Assembly: GCF_036971445.1 (NCBI RefSeq)
Contig: NC_091472.1
Coordinates: 222,766,001 to 222,830,000 of the forward strand
Source: Narcine bancroftii
Taxonomy: Eukaryota
DNA length: 64,000 bases
Direction of reading: 5' to 3'
The notes beneath the pieces are model-generated. The model was not told the origin of the DNA and did not search any database. It saw only the letters and a list, made by a program, of their open reading frames with translations. The translations under genes and the position numbers were made by a program. Below are positions 51,093-64,000 of the stretch, piece by piece. How positions within the stretch are numbered: the stretch's first letter is position 1; every line of letters begins with the position of its first letter.

Positions 51093-53496
51093 TTTTAAAA
51101 AACTTTATTTATTTGAGAAACCATGAATAATAATACAAAATACAGTAAATAACAACATATATATATAAACAAAATAAAAAATTATTAATAATATTAGAGG
51201 TGGCTTTTTCCACTCAGCAAGTGGTGGCAGAATGGAATGATCTTCCGAATGAGATAGTTGCAGCATGGTCCCTTCTGTCATTTCAGAGAAGGTTGGATGT
51301 ATACATGGAGGTGAGGGGGGGGTTGGAGGGTTATTGGCAGAGAGCGGGAGATTTGAGCTAGTGGAATTGTTTTATTGAACCGGTGGGGACTTGAAAGGCT
51401 GACATGGCCTGTTTCCGCTCCGTGAATGGTTATATATGATTAAAGAAATAATTTAAAAATATTTTAAAATAAAATCAAAGTAAATCCCCACCCACCCTCC
51501 CCTCCCATCAACCAGCTCTCTTAAGGAGAGCCAAAAAGATATGAACAAAAACTAACAGTATACTAGTTCAAAATACATCTCAATGCATATATTCCAAATA
51601 TGGTAGCCACTTTTTAACAAAAGAAAAGAGTAATTATTATGCAAAACTGATGTAATTTTTTCCATAACAATACAAGCCTTCAATTTGTTATGCCATCGCA
51701 TTACATTAATCACCACATTATCTTTCCAAGTAGTTGCTACACATTTGTGAGCTATGGACAATGCTAGATATACCAATGCAATTTGAAATTTATCCAATCC
51801 TAATCCCCTTAAAGGAATCATATAACCCAGTAAAAAAATGGATGGATCTAATGGTAACTTAAAATTATACAGTTTTTCCAAAATTAACTCGACTTCTTCC
51901 CAAAATGGTGGTACATATATACAGGACCAAACAGCATGTAAAAAAATTTCCACACAGATACTGCATTGAAAACAGGAATCCGAATTACTAAAACATTATA
52001 TTTTCAATTTCTCAGGAGTTAAATACAACTGATGTAAAAAATTATAATTAACCATTCCATACCGTGCATTTATCAATTTAGTAACACTATCAGAAAACAT
52101 ATCCACCCAATATTTTTCAGGAAAAACAAAAGTTAAGTAATTTTCCCATTTAAACTTAGATTTCTCCCATTCTGGCTTATCCATATTATCTTGTAATACT
52201 TGATACATAACAGAAATATAGCCCTTTTTTTGGTATAGAAGAAATCAAAGACTCGAATTCCGACAATACAGGTAAAATCATCTCTCTACCATACATATTT
52301 TTCACCAAAGATCGAAGTTGATAATAGACAAATAAAGAATTTTCAGCAATATCAAAACGTTCTTTCAATTGATTAAAAGAAAGAAACTTGTCTTTATACA
52401 AAGCAATCCTGTAATGTTTTTATACCCTTAGAATCCCAACTCTTTAAATGACTATTAAATATTGAAAAAAGAATAAGCTGATTATTATATAATGGCGTTA
52501 AAATGGACAATTTACCTTTTGATTCTATAGTCTTTTTTTTGTCCATAACATCAATAAATGTTTTAATATCGGCATATTATACTCCCATAACAAATTTACA
52601 TTCCACCAAAATATAAATTGATGCACTGCAATTTCAGAAATACGTGCCATCCCAACTTCAGTCCAACTTGGAGGCCGATCAAACCACTAATGAATTTGAA
52701 CTGGGCTGCTTCATAATAGTTCTGAAAATGAGGTAATTGTAATCCACCTAATGCATACTTCCAAGTAAGTTTACTTAATGCTACCCGTGGTAATTTACTT
52801 TTCCATAAAAATTCCCTAGTGACTTTATTTAAGTCTGAAAAAAGTTCTTTGTAAGAAAACATGGTATTGATTGAAACAAGTATTGAATACGAGGAAAAAT
52901 GTTCATCTTAATGCAATTAACCTGACCAATTAGAGTTAACGGAAGGTCCTTCCACTTAATTAAATCTGCTTTGATCTTTTTCAATAATGGAACATAATTT
53001 AATTTATATAAAGATTGATACTCAGTGTTCACAATTATTCCTAAATATTTAATTTTATCCGACCATTTTAAGTTAATAATATTTTTATACACTGAATAAT
53101 CTCCTTTGCCGACTGGTAAAATTTCACTTTTATCTCAATTAACTTTATATCCAGACAATATTCCATACTGTAATAAACATTCCCGTAAATGTAGCAATGA
53201 TTGTTCTGGGTTTGTTAAATATATCAAAACATTGTCTGCAAACAAATTAATCTTATACTCTTCATCCATAACTCTCTTCCCTCGTATCTGTTCATTCTGC
53301 CTTATTAATTGAGCTAACGATTCAATAGCTAATGCAAACAGGGCTGGCGACAATGGACAACCTTGTCGGGTTGAACGTGTCAATTTAAATGACGGTGAAA
53401 CTTGACCATTTGCCACCACCCTAGCAGTCGGGTTCGTATATAAAGCTTTAACCCAACCAATAAAAAAAAGGCCAAATTTAAACTTCTCCAAAACTT
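51093..53496 (-). mobile_element. 5'-truncated L1 (family C) with a CR1 3' fragment nested at ~51197-51445
   Basis: TSD TGCTGTAAGG(A/T)CCCTT at 51077-51092 and 53497-53512; RQGCPLSP, LFADN and SGYKVN motifs. Confidence 0.9.
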
Positions 53497-53828
53497 TGCT
53501 GTAAGGTCCCTTAATCCGTAGTGTGATCTGCTTCAGTGCCGTTAGGTAAGGGTTAAATATTGACCAAGGCACTCCTCCTGTTCTGACAATGCTTTTGCAA
53601 CCTTTTACTTGACCTAAGAGAGTGGACGTGGCCTGAACAGGGTACATCTGAGCAGATGGAGACTCCAGATAATAGTAGGGCATTGGTGTCTCACTGAATC
53701 CTCAGCCTGACATAAAACATGAAAGTCTTGTCCCTAAAATTGAAGCAGTAAGTTGCAACATGTCCAACTATGTGCTAGGAAGTGAGGCCAGAAGAGCTGA
53801 TGTTTCAATCTCACTCTTACGTTTTCAG

Positions 53829-53908
53829 AGGATTTACGGAAAACTTTGGAAGAGGAAATGACTGTTCTGAAGGCCAAGATAGTAGCAGAGGAAATGGAGA
53901 AGCTGGAG
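53829..53908 (+). CDS. PCNT: PCNT exon 10 (EDLRKTLEEEMTVLKAKIVAEEMEKLE)
   Basis: tttcag acceptor, GAG|gtatga donor; phase 1-0 fits both neighbours. Confidence 0.85.
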
Positions 53909-54954
53909 GTATGAGACACACTGTTTAAATATTGGGGATCTTTTGGCTGATGGGAAATATTCAACAGTAGAATACTTTAAACGAAAGAAGAGTTGGATAG
54001 ATTGAACTCACAGTTCTTGACATACCTGCAGATGATGCAGCTACATATTACGGAAAATGGTGATGTTGAACCATTTCATAGGAACAGATTCCACAGCCCT
54101 GCAATGCAGGAGTCACCTATAGCCTGCTGGCAGAAAAAGAAACCAGTCCAGCAAGTTTACCTCTTGCAATCCTGATACGATACAAAATGGAAACTAATGG
54201 CCCACAGTCATCAGTTTGTCTGAACACTAGGGCAGCACAGTAAGAGGGCTTTTAGGTCCTTGTGTTGTCACTGCTTTGAGAGAACTGTCTAATTAATCCC
54301 CTCATCTTTACTGACAATGTAAGAAATACATTTTTTTTTGACTACATGCCAATTTCCTTTTGAACACTGTCAATTTTTATTTGTCACTGCTTTCATTCAT
54401 TAGAACTGTGAAAGAGAGAGATGGAAATATGTTTTCAGTAAGAAGGATGATGGGGAAAGGATCTATAAAACAAAGGGAATGTCTGCAATAGGGTGCATTA
54501 AAATGGCTAAATGGAAATTGTTAACAGCCTGCGTTATGAGTCGTTAATAGGATGGAGCTAGGACTTGCCTGGTAAGATAGACTTATGAATGTAAGATAAG
54601 AAAAAAACAGAATGGAAAATTCAAGGAAACCAGGTAGGATTTGTGGAAAGACAAAGACAAACAATCAAGACGGTAGACTATTTCAGATAGCCCAAAAGTC
54701 GGGATGTAAAAGCAGAGAAACTCTGCCAAAATGCATAATGACCCACTTCTCTGAATGTGTGGAGGTGGTCTCCGAGCCACATAATCCAACCCCTCTCCGA
54801 GAGAGATAATGGCAGCGCAGCCCTCCGCCGATTGATCTGAATTGGCAGCTGCACTAGGTGGCTGTTTAGGGGCAGGCTAATGATGCTGTCACCCCAAGAA
54901 CCATCTCCCCACTCACCCCCTCTCCCTCTAAGTCAGAGGTGGTGGGGAGCCCTC

Positions 54955-55095
54955 GGGGCAACGGGGACCGGCGGGGTAGCTGGAGCAGTCGACCAGTCGG
55001 GGCAGTGGGGACCAGTGGGGGAGCAGGAGCAGTCGGGGCAGCAGGGACCAACGGGGCAGTGGTGATCAGTCGGGGCAGTGGGGACCATTGGGGGC
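54955..55095. repeat. G-rich degenerate ~18-bp tandem repeat inside an unclassified GC-rich element (~54760-55470)
   Basis: Recurrent CGGGGCAGTGGGGACCAGT variants. Confidence 0.7.
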
Positions 55096-55509
55096 TGCCG
55101 GTGCAGGCTGGGACAGCCACACCGGGCTGCTTCGGGCTTTAGGGCTGCTCTCTGCGGCTCAAAGCGCGGCAAAGCAATAGCTGTCTTTCCTACCCATAGT
55201 CCTCCATGCAGCTGAAACTGTTCTGGGAACCATAGAGTGGTTTCAGCTGCATGGGGGATTGTGGGTAGGGAAGACGGCCATTGCTCTGCCATGTATTGAT
55301 GACGGGTGCTACGAGGTGCCTTTCATTTGAATGGGACGTTGGAGCAGCCTTTTTGGGCTGCAGTCTGAATGGTAAGTTCCAGATTTTTAATCTGCCCCAT
55401 AGCCGGTCTCCAGGCGAAGGCCCGATCTAAAATGGCCTAGTGTCAGGGCATAGCTTGGGATGGGGCTGGGGGGGTGCCAGAGAAGCACTGCAAGACTGCT
55501 TTGAGACCA

Positions 55510-57075
55510 CATACTGGAGCTGTTTCAAGGAGGTGGCCACCCACAGCAGTCATTTGAACATAGAGGAGTAAATACATGAGCTCAGAGACTGGCTACATTA
55601 ACAAGTGCATTGTGGATGTCACCGAGAATAAATACTTCACACCAGGGCTAACCAGAAGCCATGTTTGCATACAGAGGTCTGGGCCCTTCTCAGAGCTCGT
55701 GATGCTGCTTTCAGGACAGGGTGTAGGATGGCACTAAGATCAGCCAGGGCTGTACAATCCAGAAGGGTATGAACAGAAGATCGACAGATCTATCCAAGGT
55801 GAACTCACACAAGGCAGCAGGACCAGACAATATACCTGGTCAGGTACTGAAAGACTGTGCAGACCAATTGACGGAGGTCTTCACGGACATCTTTGCATAA
55901 TTGAAGCCGTCCGTCGTTCACTCCGTTCTGACCCACTTGGAGAATAACGGCTCATGCACCAGGCTGCTGTTTATTGACTTCAGCTCAGCATTTAATACAA
56001 TCATTCCCCAGAGGCTAGTGTAAAATCTGTCTTTGCTGGGACTCAACACCCCTCTCTGTAACTGGATCCTGGACTTCCTAGTGGAAAGTCCACTGTCTGT
56101 CCGGTCATTAGCAGAACGTTGAGCACCATCACGCTGAGCACTGGTGCACCTCAGGGCTGTGCATTCAGCCCATTCCTGTTCATGCATCACCAGATCCAGC
56201 ATCAACAGGGTCATCAAATTTTCAGATGACACAACAGTGGTCGGCCTTATCAGCAACAATGATTATTCAAACTACAGAGAAGAGATGGAAAATCTTGTGA
56301 AATGGTGCGAGAGTAACAACCTGAGTGTCAATGTGGACAAGATGAAGGAGATGATCGTGGACTTCAGGAGGAGCATGAACTCCTCTAGTAGAGAAAGTGG
56401 AGAGCACCAAGTTCCTTGGAGTTCACTTGACTAATGACTTATCTCTCACTCTCAACATTTCCTCACTTGTCAGGAAGACGCAACAGCAACAGTACTTCCT
56501 GAGAAGACTGAAGCAGGCAAGGCTACTGAGCACCATATGTCACCCTTCTACAGGAGCTCTATCAAGAGCGCCCCTGCTGGCTGCACAGAGTGGTACGGTT
56601 ACTGCAGAGAAATGGATCAGAGGTCAATCCACAGGGCCATAAGAGTGGCAAAGAGGATCAATGGAGTCTCTCTCCCCCCACATTGAAGTGATCTACTGGC
56701 ATTGTTGTTTGAAGAGGGCATGCAAAATCATTGAGGACTCCTTCCACCTTGCACACAACATCTTTCAGCTGCTCCCGTTGGGAAAGAGATACAGGAATAT
56801 CAGAGCCAGCACCACTAGGCTGAGGAACAGCTTCTTCCCACGGGCAGTGAGAATGCTGAATGACCAAAGGAACGGCTCAAATTAACCATCCAAGGTTCTC
56901 ATGTTCATGAAGTAATATTTATTTATTTGTCTAGATGAATACTTGTCCTGCATATGTATTTTCTGTCTGTATGTGTGTTATGTCTGGTTGTATGTTTGTG
57001 TGGTTTGCACTGAGGACTGAAGAACGTTATTTTGTCAGGTTGTACTTGTACATTCGCATTACAATAAGCTTGACT
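55510..57075 (+). mobile_element. Rex1/Babar LINE (RT plus 3' end)
   Basis: [51 protein letters not shown] and TTRLRNSFFPRAVR. Confidence 0.9.
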
Positions 57076-57489
57076 TCAGTTAATGTTTCAGATGGGGGTC
57101 CTTCCATTAGGCCTGAGAAAGTGAGAGCTGGGTTAGTCTGAGGAACAGTGAAATATGATTATATAAAAGTAAATAATAATTTAGAGCCGGGAATACACAT
57201 ATAACTTGTGCCAATGTAATATGCATATCAGTCAACCTATTTTGTTTTAAAAAAATTGAAGACAATAATTCCAAATTCAGGCTGATTCTGAAAATTATGA
57301 ACGTAACAAATATGCCTGATTGGTTTAAAAAGATTCACTATTGTTTGTTCTGAAACACAAGTAAGTTTGTCTGTGCCATAAATGCTCAATTGCTGAATGG
57401 AATGGAAAAAATATCATCTAAAAGCAATTTTTGGTGTAATTACATTAATTTATGTTTTGAAAATAACAGTAGCCTATGTATTCTATCAG

Positions 57490-57655
57490 AACAGGCAAAA
57501 GGAATGGGAGGAAGAGACAAAGCAGTGCATTGAGATCCAGAAGCAGACCTTGTCCACAGAGCATCAAACCGAACTGCAAGAATGGATCAGGAAGGTGGAG
57601 AAGCTGCAGAGTGAACTTGAAGCTGCCCATAATGAAGCAGTGGCATATCAAGAAG
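57490..57655 (+). CDS. PCNT: PCNT exon 11 (NRQKEWEEETKQCIE...AYQE)
   Basis: tatcag acceptor, G|gtgaga donor; phase 0-1. Confidence 0.87.
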
Positions 57656-58395
57656 GTGAGAATAGTAGGAAGTTCTCAACTCATGAGTACGACAGCAGAG
57701 GGGGAAACCACTTGGACCATTCAGTCTCCTCCATGACTTTCGAAGAGCAATCTGAATGGTCCAGCCCTACTCTTTCTCCATGCTTCTGCAATATTTTTCC
57801 TACAAATATTTATTCAGTTCCCTTTCTAAAGTTGCTGCCCTGTAAGCCAATGGAATATTTTCCACTTCATGCATTTTCTCTTAGAACCATAGAACACCAC
57901 AGCACAGAAGCTGAACCTCTGGGCCACCCAATCTGTGCCAAATTATTTTCTGGGACTGAATTTAGTAATACCTCTGCCTCAGGCAGAAAACAAGCTGATT
58001 GAGGAAATTTTCATGATTATGCCTCCAAATCCTCTCTTCTGTTGCTCGATTTAATATTTGGGTGCCTTGGATCAAGTACTGGATACAGGGTTTGGTTGAG
58101 AAGCTGATCTTTGACTTTATGAGCCAACTGCAATCCTTCAATGCTGGAGATTTTTGATGATTTTATTATGAGCTGAATGAAACATTGGAAATGTTACCAC
58201 AGGCACACAAATGTCACCAACCTACTTTACAATATAGCTGTGACTCCGACCTTCAAATATCCCATTGCCATCTTCAGGATGTTCTCTCCTGTTAAGTGCT
58301 ATAATATTTTCTTCTATTACAATCATAAAAAATTCATTTTGGCCAATGGGCCGTGTGTAAAATTTTCAGGGGAAATTTTTCATGCCCTCTTATAG

Positions 58396-58532
58396 ATGAG
58401 TGTCGGAATTTGGAGAAGCTTTGCCAGCTGAATTTGACAAAGCTTCAGGAACAAGTTCAAAAGGATTATGAGCAGAAACAGGAGGAGCTGAATAGAGCAT
58501 TTGATGAAAAAGAGAAAGAACATCATGCAGAG
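58396..58532 (+). CDS. PCNT: PCNT exon 12 (DECRNLEKLCQ...EHHAE)
   Basis: ttatag acceptor, GAG|gtgggt donor; phase 1-0. Confidence 0.87.
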
Positions 58533-59362
58533 GTGGGTTTAAACTGGTTTATTTTGTTTGGTGGGAATGTAACCATGGGGTTTGGTTGTGAGAGAAATGT
58601 GGATATGGAGGTTACAAAGCCTTGTGAAAGCCAGGGAAAGGTGTGCATGAGTCAATGCTTTTCTCATCTTGCCTCTGAAACCCCTTCTCTCTATCCCATT
58701 GCAGGCTGTCCCCCCCACCTGCTGCACAAGCATTATGCCCTGTATTTTGATGACCTGATATTTGGCATTGTTCCCCTTCTGCCCTTTAGTATCACATTTG
58801 TGAAGTTGCATAGGGAAGTGCAGGGCCCTTGCACAATATTTGGGCACCCCAGCTATTTGTGGACTGTGTGGATGCCTCCTAAGGGACACTCCTAATCCTT
58901 CCACCCCCCTCACCTTTTTATTCAGACACTTGCCTATTTTTTAATTATACCTTGACAAAGGGCACAGGCCTGAAATGTTGGCCCTTTACTTCCTCTAGAT
59001 GCTGAGTTTCTCCAGCATGTTTATGTGTTGCATGACCCCAGCTTCTGCAAACTTTATTGTTTAACACTTCTGTTGATATCTCCAAAGGGTATTTCATAAT
59101 TAAAATTAAATGAAACCATAGTCACAGTGCTTTCTACCTATTTGTTTTTCTCTATATTTGGGACTATTCCAGCCATTGGGAAAGCTCCTGTTCAACAAAT
59201 TTGAAATCACTATTTGCCATTGTTCATTCATCTGGTTTCATGTCCTCCATCCTTCTGTGTATGACAGACAGATTTCATAAGACACAACTGTTGGAAGTAG
59301 GGCTGTAAAATGAAGAGCCTCAGCCAAGTCCTCGTGGTAATGCTCTGACCATTATTTTACAG

Positions 59363-59474
59363 ATGGTGAAATTGCAGACAACCTATGATGAATTTAAGTT
59401 GCGTTCAGAGCAAGAGCTTGAACATCTGTGGTCTCAGCTTCAGAGTACAAAAGCCAGTCATGAAGAGCTAAGTG
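59363..59474 (+). CDS. PCNT: PCNT exon 13 (MVKLQTTYDEFKLRSEQELEHLWSQLQSTKASHEELS)
   Basis: ttacag acceptor, G|gtaaat donor; resembles the human PCNT LQASYEDLK...LWSQL segment. Confidence 0.9.
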
Positions 59475-60024
59475 GTAAATCTTTTGTGTATGCTTCTATT
59501 TCAGGGAGAGTTCAGAGAGAGAAGTCCTAAAACTGCAACAGAATTTATGTGCAATAAAAGTAAAATGATTGAGAAACTATAAAAATATTATTGCATTGAC
59601 TGTGAATATGGATGTCACACATTGTGTGACGATAGAAATAAGGCCAAAGTAACGACATCCTAACTGAAGAGACATAATAGGGATTTTGCATCTATTTATT
59701 CATTTTGAAAGCCTCCAAATTTAGTGATCATTACATTTGCCCTATTCAAAATCACTGCACTGTCAAGGGACAAGAGAATGGAAGGTGCCACAAAAATAGG
59801 ATCTGAAGGAGCTCTCTCCAGCATCTCAGATTATTAGCTTTCCTGCTGCATTCAATTAATCTTCACTCTCACAAATATTCTCAAGAGTCCTTAACAGTCT
59901 TTGGCTCTAGATCCTCCAAGGCTTCATTCCTGTGGCTTACCTTCAGAAAAGACTGCAGCTATTAGAAGGTTAACTCCTTGCCATCTTTTCAAGAGCAGTT
60001 ATTGATGATCTGCATCTCGTTCAA

Positions 60025-61450
60025 TGAGTTTTTTCCATATACAATGTGATTCTAAATCCTATTCCCTAACTCAAGGTATATGACTAAAGAAAATATGTAC
60101 TTCGTTCCAAGAATATAATGGAAAATATAAAAATTTTGAAAAATAATATTGTCTAGAGATTGTGGAAGTAATTCAAGAATGATCCTCACAACAAATTTGA
60201 ATTATTAATTGAATAACATCTTTTCTAAATTTAAACAGGACATAATGTCCCTCAGCCATTGAGCATGAATAGGCGGGGCAACATGCTTCCATCTAAACTA
60301 TATTGCACGTCTAGTCAGATGAGATGCAAAAGACAGAATACGACATTTAATTGGAGTTAGAGGAATATAATTTTCTCCAATTATACCAAAAAGAGCAACC
60401 AGAGGATTAGGCTTTAAATTTACATTTAAAATTAAAGATTGAAATACTCCCCTCCAGTATTTTTCATGACATGTCCAAAACATATGAATTAAAGAAGCCT
60501 CTTCCCTCTTACTTTTATCACAGTAAGGATTTACATCTGGATACGAGATAACTTAACTTTAGACATATGAGCCCTATGTACAATTTTAAATTGTAAAAAG
60601 AAGTGACAGGCACACAGAGATGCAGTATTAATCAGCTTAAAAATTAGATCCCAAAATTCATCTGATAATGTAAGATTTAAATCGTGTTCCCAGACATTTT
60701 TAATTTTAACTAGAGGGGCATGTCTCAAACCCACTAGCATGTCATAAAGAATAGATATTAAACCCATGTTTAAACGTTGTAACATAAATATCACATCAAC
60801 AATATTCGCATCAGGTGCCCGAGGAAAATCCGATATCTGAGATTTAAGAAAATGTCTAATTTGCAAGAATCTGAAAAAATGAGTATTTTGTAAGTTGAAC
60901 TTTTTAGAAAGTTGTTCAAATGTATCAAAACTGTTATCAATGAAAAGATATTTGAAACGCTCAATGCCTAATCTAAACCAATCCTGAAAAGCAGAATCTT
61001 GTAAGAAGGTTGAAAAAGCAAATAGGGCTTGAAAGAGAAATGTTTTCTAAACTTACCCCTGAAAATAGGATTATCAATTGATTTATTTAAAGAAAAGGGA
61101 AGTGAGGATGCAAGAAGTGCTGGAATGGAAATTATTTTTGCAGAATTCAGCTCCATTGTTACCCATGCTGGACTGTTCACTCGATTATAAAGGTGTAACC
61201 AATACATAAAGTCATGTATGTTGACTGCCCAGTAATAAAATCTAAAATTAGCCAAGCCTCCATTCCTCTTAGGTTTTTGAAGGTGAACCTTGTTTAGACG
61301 AGGGCGGTTATCCCTCCATATACAAGACAATATAATCAAATCAAGTGAATGAAAAAGTGATTTAGGAATAAAAATTGGTATAGACTGGAAAAGGTACAGA
61401 AATTTAGGTAAGAGATTCATTTTAATAGAATTAATACAATCAACGAGGGA
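60025..61450 (-). mobile_element. L1 3' fragment (family D)
   Basis: MNLLPKFLYLFQSIP, QFKIVHRAH and HMFWTC motifs. Confidence 0.85.
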
Positions 61451-61733
61451 CGAAGAATAGAGATCACATCACAGCAGGGAAACCACCTTTGATACAAGTG
61501 TCCTCAACTTGAACTCGGAGCACACTACCACTACAATTTTGGAGTGTACACAGCTAGAGGTTGATAAGCTATCCAAATCTCTGCTGATGTGCTGAAACAT
61601 TGTGAAGTGGTTCTGCTGGCCCAAATACATGACGTCATCTGAGAAGTGAAGGAGTTGTGACCATCATGTGAGGAGATTTGTGGTAATTGGAGAAAGTTGT
61701 GCTTTTATGTGTCACATTGAAGATGATCACACC

Positions 61734-64000
61734 GGAGGAGTCACGTGATGGAGTAGTGACCGGTCAGGGAATTCCAGCCCTCTCCCAAAAAATTAAAAAA
61801 AAACACACAAAGCACAAAGGTACAAGATTAAAATTTATAATAAAGTAAAAATAAAGATGAGAAGAAAATGGCAGCGAAGAGAGAAAAGTCGAAAACAACG
61901 GGAAGAAAAGAGGAAGAAAGAATGTCGGAAGAAGAAGGTGAAGGCCTTACCTGTCCGAAGAGGCCCGCCACGGAGAGAGAAGCCCGCTCCCGCAGGTCAA
62001 TGGAAGTCCCGGGCTCGGGACTACAAAAATGGCTCGCAGAGCCGAGTAAAAATGTGCAACCGCGCATGCGCATGAAAAAAAACACACTGACAGGAGGGGG
62101 GAACAGCTGCGGAGTCGATCTCCACAGCTGAGAGAGACACCTGCAGCACAGCAGCAGGTGCAGAACACAGACAATAACGACAACAAGAAAGAAGAGGGTA
62201 AAAAGAAAACAAGGAAACAACAGATGGTCAATCCAGAGGAAGAAGAAGAACAGAAAGAAGTGGAAGAAGAAGAGAAAGGCAAGACAATGGATGTATCTTT
62301 TTTTAAAGAATATATGGAATCATTTTGACTTCCAGGCCAAAATGTTTGGCCTGGAAGTCAGCCTGAAGAGAACTGAGGTCCTCCATCAGCCAGCTCCCCA
62401 CCATGATTACCAGCCCCCCCACATCTCCATCGGGCACACAAAACTCAAAACGGTCAACCAGTTTACCTATCTCGGCTGCACCATTTCATCAGATGCAAGG
62501 ATCGACAATGAGATAGACAACAGACTCGCCAAGGCAAATAGCGCCTTTGGAAGACTACACAAAAGAGTCTGGAAAAACAACCTACTGAAAAACCTCACAA
62601 AGATAAGCGTATACAGAGCCGTTGTCATACCCACACTCCTGTTCGGCTCCGAATCATGGGTCCTCTACCGGCACCACCTACGGCTCCTAGAACGCTTCCA
62701 CCAGCGTTGTCTCCGCTCCATCCTCAACATCCATTGGAGCGCTTACATCCCTAACGTCGAAGTACTCGAGATGGCAGAGGTCGACAGCATCGAGTCCACG
62801 CTGCTGAAGATCCAGCTGCGCTGGATGGGTCACGTCTCCAGAATGGAGGACCATCGCCTTCCCAAGATCGTGTTATATGGCGAGCTCTCCACTGGCCACC
62901 GTGAGAGAGGTGCACCAAAGAAAAGGTACAAGGACTGCCTAAAGAAATCTCTTGGTGCCTGCCACATTGACCACCGCTAGTGGGCTGATAACGCCTCAAA
63001 CCGTGCATCTTAGCGCCTCACAGTTTGGCGGGCAGCAACCTCCTTTGAAGAAGACCGCAGAGCCCACCTCACTGACAAAAGGCAAAGGAGGAAAAACCCA
63101 ACACCCAACTCCAACCAACCAATTTTCCCCTGCAACCGCTGCAATCGTGTCTGCCTGTCCCGCATCGGACTTGTCAGCCACAAACGAGCCTGCAGCTGAC
63201 GTGGACTTTTTACCCCCTCCATAAATCTTCGTCCGCGAAGCCAAGCCAAAGAAGAAAGATATGGAATCAGTGAAAGAATGGCAATTACAAGAATTTAATG
63301 AGATAAAAAGAAGAATTAAGAATGCAGAAGAAAAAATGAATAAAATGGAAATGGCCAGATCAGAGATAGGAAAAAGAGTGGAAAATATGGAAGAACGAGA
63401 AACAATTGTAGAAATGGAAGTAGAAGACTTAAAAGAGAAATTAGAAGAATCTAATAAAAAAGTTAAAGAGGCACAGGAGCTGTTAGCTCAGAAGATAGAT
63501 ATAATAGAAAACTATAATAGAAGAAATAATATAAAGATAGTGGGCCTTAAGGAAGATGAAGAAGGCAAGAATATGAGAGAATTTATAAAAGATTGGATCC
63601 CCAGGGTCCAAGGAAGACCAGAATTACAGGAAGAAATGGAAATAGAGAGGGCACATAGAACTTTAGCCCCGAAACCACAACCGCAGCAAAAACCAAGATC
63701 CATTTTAGTAAAATTCTTAAGATATACAACAAGAGAAAATATATTGGAGAAAGCAATGAAGAAAGTAAGAGAGGACAAAAAGCCACTGGAAAATAAAGGT
63801 CAAAAAATTTTTTTCTATCCAGACATAAGTTTTGAACTCCAGAAGAAGAGGAAGGAGTTCAATACAGCAAAAACAATCTTATGGAAAAAAGGATATAAAT
63901 TTATGTTAAAGTACCCAGCGGTACTTAAAATAGTTATTCCAGGGCAACAAAACAGTCTATTGTCGGATCTAGAGGAAGCAAGGAAATTTGCAGAACAATG
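61734..64000 (+). mobile_element. Second family-A L1 (5' end and ORF1), running off the window
   Basis: Near-identical to the reverse complement of ~34575-35890. Confidence 0.95.
62323..63258 (+). mobile_element. 5'-truncated RTE LINE inserted into L1 ORF1
   Basis: 11-bp TSD ATATGGAATCA at 62312-62322 and 63259-63269; FTYLG, QLRWMGHV and C-terminal zinc-finger motifs. Confidence 0.95.

Larger units (their letters stand above)
6757..59474 (+). other. PCNT: Pericentrin gene, 5' portion (13 coding exons, ~1,298 codons; 3' end beyond the window)
   Basis: All 13 exons splice in frame with GT-AG sites and consistent phases. N-terminus MEDAERRRKLEAARIK/FAQYKQRK is the PCNT/AKAP9 family start. EHSLELESLRLSLNNMHRAQLELVQSNLQREKEEALTEL and YDEFKLRSEQELEHLWSQL match PCNT-specific segments as recalled. 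Confidence 0.88.

Noticed and set aside
54880-55142. Collagen-like Gly-X-Y reading frames
   Set aside because: They arise from a 9/18-bp G-rich tandem repeat, appear in several frames and have no convincing splice sites.
6757-59474. Calling the gene AKAP9
   Set aside because: Exons 9 and 13 match PCNT-specific sequence far better. The AKAP9 similarity is confined to the N-terminal block. A phylogeny is still needed.
62291-62980. Novel 229-aa L1-RTE fusion protein
   Set aside because: A chance ATG in an alternate L1 frame opens into a truncated RTE that lacks the RT core and has stop codons.

Overview
Repeat-rich vertebrate genomic DNA, most likely from a cartilaginous fish (inferred from HE1-type V-SINEs and the CR1, Rex1 and Penelope repertoire). 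The main feature is the 5' part of a pericentrin (PCNT) gene on the + strand. It has a CpG-island promoter (~6.0-6.9 kb) and 13 canonical GT-AG coding exons (6757-59474, ~1,298 codons), and it continues past the window. The protein has PCNT-diagnostic segments but also keeps a ~980-codon block, including a 2,169-nt exon, whose first part resembles the paralogue AKAP9. Upstream lies a decayed class III (ERV-L-like) retrovirus gag-pro-pol. The introns hold a near-intact full-length L1 with a 17-bp TSD and an inverted sibling copy, older L1s, young RTE copies, Rex1/Babar, CR1, V-SINEs, Penelope remnants with decayed hammerhead-ribozyme cores, hAT and Tigger MITEs, a 44-bp minisatellite and an antisense C2H2 zinc-finger pseudogene fragment. 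No CRISPR, rRNA or tRNA genes were seen. Nothing here proves a wholly new biological system. The best leads are the AKAP9-like PCNT architecture and the ERV-L-like provirus. All homology calls come from recalled motifs, not database searches.
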